DNA of 64,000 nt, taken from the NCBI RefSeq assembly GCF_009914755.1, contig NC_060926.1. The stretch is one strand, 5' to 3'. The DNA comes from the human T2T-CHM13v2.0 reference genome, Homo sapiens. A program made the translations under genes and the position numbers. Every line of letters starts with the position of its first letter. Position 1 is the first letter of the stretch. This document shows positions 18,239-36,103 of this stretch, piece after piece. Below the pieces are notes generated by a model that saw only the letters and a program-made list of their open reading frames with translations, was not told the DNA's origin and made no database searches.

Positions 18239-18552
18239 GGCAGGGTGCGGTGGCTTATACCTGTAAACCCAGCACTTTGGGAGACTGAGGCGGGTGGATC
18301 ACTTGAGGTCAGGAGTTCGAGACCAGCCCAGCCAACATGATGAAACCCTGTCTCCACTAAAAACACAAAAATTAGCCAGGCGCGGTGGCGGCCTCCTGTA
18401 ATCCCAGCTACTCAGGAGGCTGAGGTAGGAGAATCGCTTGAACCCGGGGGTGAGGAAGTTGCAGTGAGCCAAGATCACCGCCACTGCCCTCGAGATCACC
18501 GCCACTGCCCTCCAGTCTGAGCAAGAGTGAAACTCTGTCTAAAAAAAAAAAA
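18239..18552 (+). mobile_element. AluS with internal 21-bp tandem duplication
   Basis: TSD AAAGACAACTGA; AGATCACCGCCACTGCCCTC occurs twice. Confidence 0.95.
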
Positions 18553-19499
18553 AAAGACAACTGAAAGAAGCAATCAGAAGTGTGCAGCAGAAGATTTTTT
18601 AAAATTAACATGGTGTCAATATACGGGATGATGCACAATAGGAATCTCAAATATAAATGTTACAGAAGCCCAACAGGTACCTTAAATGCTCTTATTATGG
18701 GGAGAACAAGATCCGGGCAGCACCTTGGAGGACAGGAGAGCCCAGGCTCCACTCCAAAAAGGCCAGCGCTGGGCAGCCCAAGCCAGCTGCTGCTCTAAAA
18801 GGATATGGACTCAGTGGTGTCATAGCATCAGATTTTTCAAAAAAAATAAAAAAGAGAGAAATCAAGATTTTATAGACCATCTTCCAATTTTTAAATATTA
18901 AAAACTATTCGGTTTTCTTTAAAAAAAATCAAAAAACATTGTAAAGTTAAAACAACATGTCTGTTAGCCTGACACAGCCCACAACTGGCAGTTTGCAGGC
19001 TCTGCACTAGGGGAAGGCAAGACCAGTCAGGTGACTTCATCCAGTGCTCAGGGCCAGTCCCTGCTCTGCACATGGAAGTGCAACTGAGATTAGAAACACG
19101 GTGAGACACCTAATCCCTGCACTGCCCTTTCATGAATCTCGACCTGCTAACATATTCATCTACCGTCTAGTTGGGGAAACAGAACATAGAGAGGATAATT
19201 GACCCCAAAAGGTCAGATGTGCTAAGTGTCAGTAAGTGTTACATTAACAAATGCTATAGGAGTCAAAAGAACACTTTGCTAGTGTAGTCTGGGAGAAGGC
19301 CTTTTGGATAGTCTATTTCCCAAAGGCTAGTCTCAGTTTTTTGGGCCCAGTTCTTACCTGTTCAAGCAAAGTTTTTCATTCCAGCAGCAGACATGGCTGG
19401 GGCCTACTCTACAGCCAATCTTATCCCTGGACTTTTCTTACTATTACAGCCTGGATTCTGTATAAGAATCCATGTGTTTCAGGAGAACCTAGGCCCCTC

Positions 19500-19830
19500 C
19501 TCAACTCTGGGGATAAATCTTGTGTAGCATAAGCCAATCAAGGCAACTCCATTTCCCTTCCCAGTTTCAGAGTGGGTCCAACAATGGTGTTTTGACCATT
19601 GAGATGTGAAGGCAAATCTGCTGGGTGACTTATAAAGGAGTGTTCTCGGCTCTTATAAAAGGATGGACACTCTTTCAGACACTGAAACTTACTGTGTGAT
19701 GTCTGGAGCTGTTGCAGTCATCTTGTGTCCATGCTGGGGACAATATGAGAAGAAGAATCAACATGCTAAAGGTGGCATAGCCCAAAGATGGCATGCACCT
19801 GCATCAGTGGTAATGTCAGCTGCTGAAAGT
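19500..19830 (+). mobile_element. Old ERVL/MaLR LTR fragment (LTR33/MLT1-like)
   Basis: TGATGTCTGGAGCTGTTGCAGTCATCTTG motif. Confidence 0.45.
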
Positions 19831-20660
19831 TAGTATGGGAATGCTACACACCTGGTGTGCAGTTGATTGGTTTCATAACCATAAGGAAGGGAATACCATT
19901 GTTATAAAAGTCAGGCCTAACAGGAACTGGCAGTGGAATGTGAGAGGGGGCCTCTGGAAAGAAAAGGACAGACCCTGTGCCTTCATGCAAGTGAAGATCT
20001 GGCTGAACCAATTCCACAAGGTTATTGCGTACATAGCCTGAGTTTAAAAGGTTGTGCCCACTTTGAAGAATCAGTCATTGTTAGACCTTGGTAAAATGTC
20101 TAACTTCCTACCTGGATAAAGAAAGTAAAATCTTTAAAAAAAAAAAAAAATAGAAAAAGTCAGGACTTTCATCACCAAAGGCAGATTAGTTGGAAGAGTA
20201 GCAAGAAGAGTGGGAAAGATGAGTACAGCGAAGTGTCAAGGGAGCAACTAAGAGAACTGACTGCAGAGGCTTGAGGCAGTAATAATGGGAGCAGGTCCAG
20301 CAACAGCAGGAGGATACCAACCACAGTAGCACAGGAAAGGGGCAAGCTCCACCTATATCAGGCCCTGAGGGTATTGCTAAGAACACACCAGTCCAGCCAG
20401 ACCAGCAATCTGGAGGCCATTTAGTGAAAAGGAAAAGATTTCTTTAAAAGAAAAACTTCATTAACTGCCTACAGAACCTCAAATAGTGTCACACTGAAAC
20501 CTTGCTACCTATTAGCAAAACCTGGGGACATTTGAGATATGAGAAAGTTAATTTCCAGTCATTTAGTAGCAAGCTAAATTCTGTCAATTCAAACTTGGAA
20601 ATAATTAAGATTATAGCTGCTAAAGAGGGTACAGGCAGTGATAAATTAAAATACAGTGGG

Positions 20661-20980
<320 letters not shown>

Positions 20981-21112
20981 AAGATACAGTGGGTTAAAAC
21001 AATTGGGTACACAGGTGGATGCACAAAGCAAAAGAACAAAGACAAGAAGCAGTAAAATCTATATTCATCCTAAAAGAGAAAGTTGAGATTTTTATGCAGT
21101 TTAAGTAGAATA

Positions 21113-21666
21113 CAGTCATGCCACTTAACAATGACATACATTCTGAAAAATGCATCTTCAGGTAATTTTGTCATTGTGCAAACATCAGAGTGTACTTACA
21201 CAAACCTAAATGGTATAGCCTACTACACGCCTAGGCTATACGGTATAACCTACTGCTCCTAGGCTACAAACCTGTACAGCATGTTACTGTACTGAATACT
21301 GCAGGCAGTTGTAACACACTGGAAAGTATGCATATCTAAAGATACCTAAACATAGGGAAGGTACAGTAAAATACTATATAAATGATAAGAAAGGGTACAC
21401 CTGTATAGGGCACTTACTATAAATGGAGCTTGCAGAACTAGAAGTTGCTCTGGGTGAGTCAGTGAGTGAGTAGTGAGTGAATGTGAAAGTCTAGAACTTT
21501 ACCATATACTATTCTAGTCTTTATAAACACTACACACCTAGGCTACACTGAATTTATTTTAAAATATTTTTATTTCTTCAATAATAAATTAACATTAGCT
21601 TACTAGGTGACTCCATCGTATATGCAGTCAGTTGTTGACTGAAATCCGCTATGCAGCACGTGACTG
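21113..21666 (+). mobile_element. Tigger3 (Golem) internal-deletion derivative
   Basis: TA-CAGTCATGC ... GCACGTGACTG-TA termini; ACACAAACCTAAATGGTATAGCCTACTACAC. Confidence 0.88.
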
Positions 21667-23279
21667 TAATTTAATTAGAAAAAGCTTTTACTAATAAAAT
21701 ACTACTTAATTGAAGTATGACCTAAAGATCAGAAAAAAAGCTAGTCACACTGAAAATTATAGACCAAGTAAAGCTGATAAGAAATGGTCTATTAGAAAGA
21801 CAATTTGAGTACCTTGACTACAATCCTTATACAGGATTCTCAACAGAAAGTATAGGATGATTCTCTGAACCTATTTATTGATAAATGCATATATAAATTA
21901 TTTTTATTAGCAAATGTATCATTTCCTGAGTAATATGTATTTTCTGAAGGTGCTGATATTGTCTGAAAGTCTCCTATAACTTTAAGAAGGTATAGGTATT
22001 TAGGGGGAAACTGTTAGCAAACTATGATACCACTAAACAATTTTCCAACTTCAAAGTTAAACTTAATACTATATAGTCTGTCCATTTCAAGGTCAAAATG
22101 CCATCTATCTGGATGACTACCTTACTAAAATGCTGTCCCAGTAGGAGCCAGTGAATTATATACTTAGGGAATTTGACTAGCATGAGATAGTCACTTGCCT
22201 AAATATCAATACTTCAAGTGTCTTGTAAAATATAATCTTATATATTATAAGGTTTTTTATAATGTAAAATATTATATTTGTATTCCCAGCTATATATTAT
22301 CCAAATTGCCTTCATTAGTGATTCTCTTTCTCTATCTCTGTCTATATATATATACATACACACACACACACATATATATATGGTTTTAATATATGGGATG
22401 GGTGATATTCACATGTTCACATTCCCATGGTTACACAGATTTTGATGAAACAAAGAAACAGCTGGGAACTAAAGCATTTCTACATAGTCCTATGGATGTA
22501 ATGTAGATGTAAGATTCACCAACCTATTTACATTTTCTTTATAATTTTCTTCCTTATAATAAATTTATCCACTTGGTAAAATAAAAAATAATTAAAATTG
22601 CAACTTAAAAGAATTTAAGTGATTCATAATCCCTCAAGTATTATCAGTACATTAATAACAGTTGCATTCCATGAAGACTGAATTATGAACAATTTCCACC
22701 TAGCTAACTAATTATAACTCAATCATTTTCCTTCCATACCAGAAAACAAATGAGAGAGATATACTTGGATCCACCTTAAGTTTTAACAAAAGGTATCTCA
22801 TTTAGAAAACTTCAGTATTCTCATTAATAACAAATGACCATACCTTGGTTCACAACCTATTTTATCACATACATATAAGTGTGGCTTGGCATCATTTTTG
22901 AGAACTGTCTATTAAATGCAAACTAGTGTGTGTTTGTAAAAGAAAAAATGTTCAATTTTATATGTTTGTGCTTTTGGTGAAAAAAAATGTGCTCAGCATA
23001 ATAATTCTGAGTCATTATAGAACGTGCGTTTGGAAAGTAGGGTCAGTATATATTAATAATTTTTATTACTTTATATCTCCCAAAGTCACTGCATTGATTC
23101 TACCTATGGACTAGAATTTAACGGGAATGTGAAATGCTACTGTAGAAGAAACTGCATAAGAAAATTCATTTTTTATGCGATCCTTTTTTCGATCTCATTA
23201 TGACCTTGATATGCAATTGCTAATGTTCCTTGTGCCTGGTGATACAAAATGGTAGGGGGCAGGACAGTGGGAAGAAGTA

Positions 23280-24150
23280 CCTTAAAGGACTTAGGGCTAT
23301 GAGTTGATAGTAAAGCTCAATGAGTCAACAGTGGCAGGAGGCAATCAAAAAGATAGCACACGTTCTTTATTAGAAACGTAATATCCAGAATGAATTCTCT
23401 TCTCTGCCTCTCAGACTATGCTTTGATTAATATGTGCTGTCTGAACTCCACTTTCTTGAATGGGCTATGAATAAACAGTTTTCAGAGAAGAATGACTGAG
23501 ATTGGGAAGGAGCTAGAAATCCTGTTATAAAATAAACTGCTTGAGGACATTAAGTGAAGTAAAATGAGCCGGTCACACACAAAAAGAGAGAAATTATTCA
23601 TGATTCCATTTATTTGAGGTATTTAGAGAAATCAAAACATAGAGACAGAAAGTAGAATGGTGGTTGGCAGGAGCTGGGGGTAGGAGGAATGAGGAGTTGT
23701 TGTTTAATAGGTATAGAGTTTCAGTTTTGCAAGATAAAATGATTTCTGAAATTGGATATTAGTGATGGTTGCACAGCAGTGTGAATGTACATAGTAAAAC
23801 TGAACTGTGCACTTAAAAATGGCTAAAATGGTAAATTTTATGTTACATATATTTTACTGTAATTTAAAAGATTTTAAAAAGAAGCTGCTGAAGGAAACTG
23901 CTCAATCAGAAAAGAGAAGCAACTATGGGGTGGAAGATAAAGAAAGGGGAAAGTATGCTAATGAAGACTTACTACATGGAAAATAATTATCTTTATTCTT
24001 GTTTCTTCAAGGAAAATCCAGCACCAACCAGTGTTAGCTACTGGGCTACAAATTTCAGCTCAACATAGATAAGAGAAATTCAACAGTCAGAATGTAAGAC
24101 TGAAAGATACATGGAATGAACTATTGATACAGGATCTGTGGTCCATGGTA
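23280..24150 (+). mobile_element. L3/CR1 relic interrupted by an L1 3' fragment
   Basis: AAGGACTTAGGG...AAGCTCAATGAGTCAACAGTG resembles the CR1 ORF2 end. Confidence 0.5.
23542..23880 (+). mobile_element. L1MB-type 3' end fragment
   Basis: CATAGAGACAGAAAGTAGAATGGTGGTTG...CACTTAAAAATGGCTAAAATGGTAAATTTTATG. Confidence 0.85.
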
Positions 24151-24944
24151 TTAGTGACCCTGGGATAATATATGTTCTAGGAACCAGTCAGTAGCAAGAC
24201 AGGGGTAGTGTAATACAAAAGAGAATTAGGAGGGAGTCAGAAGCCCTGAGTGTAAGTCTATCTTCCCCACTCATTAGCCATTTTCTTTGCTGTTTCTTAA
24301 TGTCCTTAAGACAAGAGCTTGTCTCAATTAATAGCTTGTCTATTCATTTGCCAGGACTTCCATAACCAAATACCACAGGCTGGGTGGCTTACATAACAGA
24401 AATTACACAACAGAAGATATAATTGTTAGATGGTTTTAAAAAAATCTAGAGATAACTAGTATAGCTACTGAGTGTCTTAGTGCCTTTCGGTACAACCTTC
24501 CTGTTTCTGACACTTGACAAAAATAGGCAGCTCCCTTAACACTCAGGCTGAAAGAAGCCTGGTGTTACTAACTCTACCCATAAACAGAGTTCCTACCCAA
24601 TAATCCCTCTTAGATATTAAATTTGACTCAATATCCAAGGTCACCAGAAAATGAGAATAATATATAACATTAAAGAAGAAAACCAAAATAAGCAAACAGG
24701 AAAACTGACCCCAGATGAAACTGAAACTATTTTGTATCTTCAAAGATAGGGAAGAGGATATTGCCTGCATAAAACAAGAAATTTGTAACATTTGGAAAAA
24801 AAGAAGCATGCCTAGAAATCAGTTTTTGAAATAAACTTTTAAATAAAAAAGATAGAAATAAAGTAAGGAAATCTCCCAGAAGGTAAACTAACAGACAGAA
24901 GTTTGAATAATTTAAGGAAAACTGTTTTTAACAAATAAAAAAAT

Positions 24945-25610
<666 letters not shown>

Positions 25611-26569
25611 TAACATTAAACATATATATATTTATTTAAATACATGTACACATATATATTTACTATCAGGTATATAAAGGAAAAAAAAACAGAGAAAATG
25701 TGTATATACTGGATGGAATTTTTTAAAATACAGATTTGTGTAACTTCAAACTCAGAGATTCTGATTTAAGAACTCAAGGTCAGACCCTGATAACTATAAT
25801 TTTACAAATGTCTCATATGATTTTCATTCCAGTGCAGTCGCTGAAGAAAGCTGATGCTACTTGAAATTACCTTCAATTAGAAGGTTGGGTAGGAGAAGGC
25901 ATAGAGAACAGAAGGAAATTGGTGAACCAGAAAAGCTGAGTACTCATCTCAAAAGCATTTCTCTTCTGATCCTCTACCCATATATCCTGTAAAACTTGTA
26001 CCAAAGGGAAACAAAAAAGCTTATATTTCACCTCAAGGCTAAAGAGAGGTGATCCAATATCCTGCAGAGTTTATGCTTTATTTTTCTGAGAAAGATCTCT
26101 CTGCAAAAGGACAAGACTTGAGAAGTGCATTTTGTTATAGAAGATGCAGAGCTCCAGGAAAAGCGAAATATGGTGGAGAGGTTAGTTAGTGGAAGAGAGT
26201 AGGAAGTGTGCCCTCCTGGAATCATATAAGGATGCATCCCATTCATTAAAGGCAACCCAAACCTTTGGAAGGATATTGATTGTCCTGTGCTTGATTAAAC
26301 AAGGAGAAATCAGACCCTATTAAGTTGACGAATCTCTTTTCTAGCCAAATATTCTAAATTCTTCTACTATGGCATGCTGCCAGACACCCAGAATTTATAA
26401 AAATTTCTTCAAGAAAAGCTATGAATGTGATAGTAAAAAAGTGAGAGGATGGTAGGATGCTAATGGCTAATCATGCAGAAATTCTTTAAAAAATATTAGA
26501 ATACTAACTTCCAGCTTATGCTCTTACTGAAAGAAAATTATATGTGAATCATAGTGACTGACTTAATGG

Positions 26570-26960
26570 ATAATACTAATAAGAGAAATAAGCGTTAAAG
26601 CTGTTGAACACTGTATGCCGAACTCTGACGAAGCATTTTACATGTGTCTACTTATTTAAGTTCACAATAACCCTGTAAGGTAGGTTTAAGTGGTAAAGTA
26701 ACATCCCCAGGTTCTTACATTTCGGGTCAGTTGTCAGAGAAAGAATTTGAATCTAACAGTCTGGCTTCAGAATCCATCTTTTTTTTTTTTCACGTTTAAC
26801 CTACTTTTATTCATGCTTGCCTTGGGATGGTAAATAGATCACTCAGTAAAAACATACAGTAAAAACAAAATGTCTTATTATGTACAACCTTTAAACTACA
26901 ATAATAATGTGCCTTAATTACTTCTATGCACACCAGAATCCATCTTAACCACTAAACTTA
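26570..26960 (-). mobile_element. MIR interrupted by a short retrocopy
   Basis: TCACAATAACCCTGTAAGGTAGG...ATTTGAATCTAACAGTCTGGCTTCAGAATCC | CTTAACCACT. Confidence 0.7.
26781..26933 (-). pseudogene. ~150-bp 5'-truncated processed retrocopy (mRNA 3' end only)
   Basis: 13-bp TSD CAGAATCCATCTT (26768, 26934), poly(A), AATAAA ~15 nt upstream of the tail, TT/AAGA L1 endonuclease site. Confidence 0.85.
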
Positions 26961-27459
26961 TAAGCTTTACGCTGACCACGGAAATGGAGAAAACACCATA
27001 AAAATATGACAAGATAGGGAAGGTCAACAGCTAGGACAAAAATAATAAGAATAGGTGAAGGATAGAGTAAAATGATAGGAATAATACTATTAACTTCAAA
27101 TCTACTGGGACACAACATGAAAAATAACAGGCATAGGATTTTACAGCAAAATTACAGATGCTATCTTAGGTATCCCCAAGATATGGTGGCATGTAAATCA
27201 TGGCTAGAATGTGGATAATGCAATAAACAGATCTAATAGAAAGAAGAAGAATTATAATATCAAACACTCTGGAAACCAACACATTTTAAAGTGGATCATC
27301 TGGTGGAGAACATTTAGTTGAGAATTAACAGATAATTAAAAAGTAAAAACTTTGAGAAAGTAAAGAAAGATTGTAGAGCCTGACATAGCTACTATGTTTC
27401 TAGTGCTAATTATAAAACTCCCCAAATCTAGCAGTGATGGGCCTTCTTTGCTCCTCAGG

Positions 27460-27600
27460 AAGCAGATGCAGTGGAAAGAGTATGAGCACTAACGTAGCAC
27501 AAAACTGGGTTTAAATCCCATGTCTATCATTTATCATTTTGACTTTTTGCAAAACTACTGACATTTCCTGAGTCTCAACTGGAAAATGGGAACAATTTTC
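27460..27600 (+). mobile_element. MIR
   Basis: GCAGTGGAAAGAG...CTGGGTTTAAATCCCA...AAAATGGGAACAAT. Confidence 0.65.
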
Positions 27601-28367
27601 TTTACTATATTCTTTTGAAATAATTAATTCAAAATAACACATAAATACATTACAGGTCCACTAAATGTCAGTCTTCTTCTGCTGGAACTCTTGTTATGCT
27701 GAAAATAGAAAATATAATAAATGTTTGACTTTCTTTGCTAACCACACGGCCTCCTGAAGATGAAGGAGAAAAACCACCGTGTTGCACTGATTGCTGAACA
27801 ATTAGAGAAACTGAAATTGAATCAGAAAAAATAAAGGATATTGTAGGTGGTGAAAACATAATGAAAACCTTGAGAAGATCTACCCACACCATCTTGGAAT
27901 ATGTGATAATAAACACAGGCGTGAGGTGAAAATGAGCAATGGTATGTTCTATTAAATGCAAGTAATTTGTTTTCAGAGTAGGACCTACTTCACACTATAA
28001 ATTATTAAAATTTCCTTTCAATATTTTCCCCTGTATACTATAATTTGACATCAATGGTAGGCACCCTCCTAACTAAACAATGGATCAAAGAAGAAATTTC
28101 AAGGGAAATTAGAAAATAATTTGATACTAATGAAAATAAAAACACAATGTACCAAAACTTATAGGATGCAACTAAATCAATACTTAGGGGGAAATTGATA
28201 CCTGTAAATTCCTATACGAAGAAAAGAAAGATCTCAAATCAGTAAGTTAACCTCATACCTTAAGAAACTAAAAAAGGATGAGCAAACTAAGTCACAAGCA
28301 AGCAGGAAGGAAATAATAAAGATGAGAGTGGATATAAGTGAAAGAGAGACTAGAAAAACAATAGAGA

Positions 28368-29250
28368 GGGAGGAGCTGGTCTACAGCTCCCAGCGTGAGC
28401 GACGCAGAAGACGGGTGATTTCTGCATTTCCATCTGAGGTACTGGGTTCATCTCACTAGGGAGTGCCAGACAGTGGGCGCAGGTCAGTGGGTGCGCGCAC
28501 CGTGCGCGAGCCGAAGCAGGGCAAGGCATTGCCTCACTCGGGAAGCGCAAGGGGTCAGGGAGTTCCCTTTCTGAGTCAAAGAAAGGGGTGACAGACGGCA
28601 CCTGGAAAATCGGGTCACTCCCACCCGAATACTGCGCTTTTCCGACGGGCTTAAAAAACGGCGCACCAGGAGATAATATCCCGCACCTGGCTCAGAGGGT
28701 CCTACGACGCCCATGGAGTCTTGCTGATTGCTGGCACAGCAGTCTGAGATCAAACTGCAAGGCAGCAGCGAGGCTGCGGGAGGGGCGCCCGCCATTGCCC
28801 AGGCTTGCTTAGGTAAACAAAGCAGCCGGGAAGCTCGAACTGGGTGGAGCCCACCACAGCTCAAGGAGGCCTGCCTGCCTCTGTAGGCTCCACCTCTGGG
28901 GGCAGGGCACAGACAAACAAAAAGACAGCAGTAACCTCTGCAGACTTAAATGTCCCTGTCTGACAGCTTTGAAGAGAGCAGTGGTTCTCCCAGCATGCAG
29001 CTGGAGATCTGAGAACGGGCAGACTGCCTCCTCAAGTGGGTCCCTGACCCCTGACCCCCAAGCAGCCTAACTGGGAGGCACCCCCCAGCAGGGGCACACT
29101 GACACCTCACACGGCCGGGTACTCCAACAGACCTGCAGCTGAGGGTCCTGTCTGTTAGAAGGAAAACTAACAAACAGAAAGGACATCCACACCAAAAACC
29201 CATCTGTACATCACCATCATCAAAGACCAAAAGTAGATAAAACCACAAAG
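28368..29250 (+). promoter_or_regulatory. L1 5'UTR CpG-rich sense/antisense promoter lacking the YY1 site
   Basis: Begins GGGAGGAGCTGGTCTACAG; consensus CAAGATGGCCGAATAGGAACAGCTC is absent. Confidence 0.85.
28484..28795 (-). CDS. L1 ORF0 (antisense), open, 103 aa
   Basis: MAGAPPAASLLPCSLISDCCASNQQDS...RVGVTRFSRC matches primate ORF0; ATG at 28795. Confidence 0.7.
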   Translation of the reverse strand: MAGAPPAASLLPCSLISDCCASNQQDSMGVVGPSEPGAGYYLLVRRFLSPSEKRSIRVGVTRFSRCRLSPLSLTQKGNSLTPCASRVRQCLALLRLAHGARTH

Positions 29251-30268
29251 ATGGGGAAAAAAACAGAACAGAAAAACTGGAAACTCTAAAAAGCAGAGCG
29301 CCTCTCCTCCTCCAAAGGAACGCAGTTCCTCACCAGCAACGGAACAAAGCTGGATGGAGAATGACTTTGACGAGCTGAGAGAAGAAGGCTTCAGACGATC
29401 AAATTACTCCGAGCTACGGGAGGACATTCAAACCAAAGTCAAAGAAGTTGAAAACTTTGAAAAAAAATTAGAAGAATGTATAACTAGAATAACCAATACA
29501 GAGAAGTGCTTAAAGGAGCTGATGGAGCTGAAAACCAAGGCTCGAGAACTACGTGAAGAATGCAGAAGCCTCAGGAACCAATGCGATCAACTGGAAGAAA
29601 GGGTATCAGTGATGGAAGATGAAATGAATGAAATGAAGCGAGAAGGGAAGTTTAGAGAAAAAAGAATCAAAAGAAATGAGCAAAGCCTTCAAGAAATATG
29701 GGACTATGTGAAAAGACCAAATCTACATCTGATTGGTGTACCTGAAAGTGATGGGGAGAATGGAACCAAGTTGGAAAACACTCTGCAGGATATTATCCAG
29801 GAGAACTTCCCCAATCTAGCAAGGCAGGCCAACGTTCAGATTCAGGAAATACAGAGAACGCCACAAAGATACTCCTCGAGAGGAGCAACTCCAAGACACA
29901 TAATTGTCAGATTCACCAAAGTTGAAATGAAGGAAAAAATGTTAAGGGCAGCCAGAGAGAAAGGTCGGGTTACCCTCAAAGGGAAGCCCATCAGACTAAC
30001 AGCGGATCTCTCGGCAGAAACCCTACAAGCCAGAAGAGAGTGGGGGCCAATATTCAACATTCTTAAAGAAAAGAATTTTCAACCCAGAATTTCATATCCA
30101 GCCAAACTAACCTTCATAAGTGAAGGAGAAATAAAATACTTTACAGACAAGCAAATGCTGAGAGATTTTGTCACCACCAGGCCTGCCTTACAAGAGCTCC
30201 TGAAGGAAGCACTAAACATGGAAAGGAACAACCGGTACCAGCCACTGCAAAATCAGGCCAAAATGTAA
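29251..30268 (+). pseudogene. L1 ORF1p with +1 frameshift near codon 4; open for 304 aa from Met35 (29354)
   Basis: ATGGGG followed by 7 A instead of 6; downstream MENDFDELREEG...REKG...YPAKL intact. Confidence 0.93.
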
Positions 30269-30316
30269 AGACCATCGAGACTAGCAAGAAACTGCATCAA
30301 CTAACGAGCAAAATAA

Positions 30317-34159
<3,843 letters not shown>

Positions 34160-35715
34160 ACAATGAGATCACATGGACACAGGAAGGGGAATATCACACT
34201 CTGGGCACTGTTGTGGGGTAGGGGGAGCGGGGAGGGATAGCATCAGGAGATATACCTAATGCTAGATGACGAGTTAGTGGGTGCAGCGCACCAGCATGGC
34301 ACATGTATACATATGTAACTAACCTGCACAATGTGCACATGTACCCTAAAACTTAAAGTATAATAAAAAAAAAAAAAGGAATGAAATGAAAAAAAAAAAA
34401 GAAAAACAATAGAGAAAATCGATGTAACCAAAATTCGTTGTTTGAAAGGACTAAGAAAATTGGCAAAAATTTGCTTAGCTTGACTAAGAAAAAAAAAGAG
34501 AAAAATATATTAAAATCAGGAATAAAAGAGGGGACATTGCTACTGAGTTTATAAAATTAAAAATCATTATAAGGAAATACTAGGAACAATTGTATAACAA
34601 AGAATTAGATTAACCTAAATGAAATGGACAAATTTCTGAAAAATACACATCTCTGAAACTCACTCAAGAAGAAATTTTAAAATCTTAGTAAACTTTTAAG
34701 AGAAAAGAGATTGAACTAGTAGTCAAAAAAACTTCCCACAAAGAAAAAGCCTGGGCCCAGATGGCTTCCCTGATAAATTCTATCAAACACTTAATAGACT
34801 AACACCAATCCTTTGCCAACTTTTCCATAAAAAATAGAAGAGGAGGAAAAACTTTCCAACTCATTTTATGAGTCCAGATACAAAAACCAGACAAAGACAT
34901 CACAAGAAAACAATAGACCAACATCTCCTATGAATATAGTCAGAAAAATCATTAACACAATACTAGTAAACTGAATCCAGAAACATATAGAAAGGATTAT
35001 ATATCATGACCAAGTGGCATTTGTCCCAGGAATCAAGAGTTTTTCTAATATATGACAATCTATCACTGTAACACATTATGTTAATAGAATAAAGGACAAA
35101 ACCCACATAATCATCTCAATAGATGGAAAAAAAGCATTCAACAAAACCCAAAACCTTTTCATTATAAAAATACTCAGCAAACTAGGTACAGATGAGAACA
35201 GAACTTCTTCAACTTGATAAAGAACATGAATTTTTTAAAAACTCACAGCTAACATCAGACTTAGTGCTGAAAGATTGAAAGCTTTCACCCTAAGATAAGG
35301 AACAGGACAAGAATGTCCACTCTTGCCACTTAATTCAACATTGTACTGGAGGTTCTGGTATGGTCAATTATGAAATAAAAATAAATAAAAGGCATCAGAG
35401 TATAAGAAATAAGTAAAACTGACTCTATTCATACCCAACATTATATTGTATATAGAAAATCATAAGAAATCCACAGAGAAACTATTAAAACTAATAAATG
35501 AACTCATCAAGGTTGCAGGATACAAGATCAATACACAAAAGTCAACTGTATTTCCATACATTAATAATAAAAAATTAGAAAATGAGGTTAATAAAACAAT
35601 TCTATTTACAGTAGCATCAACAATATTGAGGAATAAATTTAACAAAAGATATATCAGACTTATACATTGAAAAAGCTATAAAACATCATTGAAGTAAGTA
35701 TTTAAAAACTAACTA

Positions 35716-36103
<388 letters not shown>

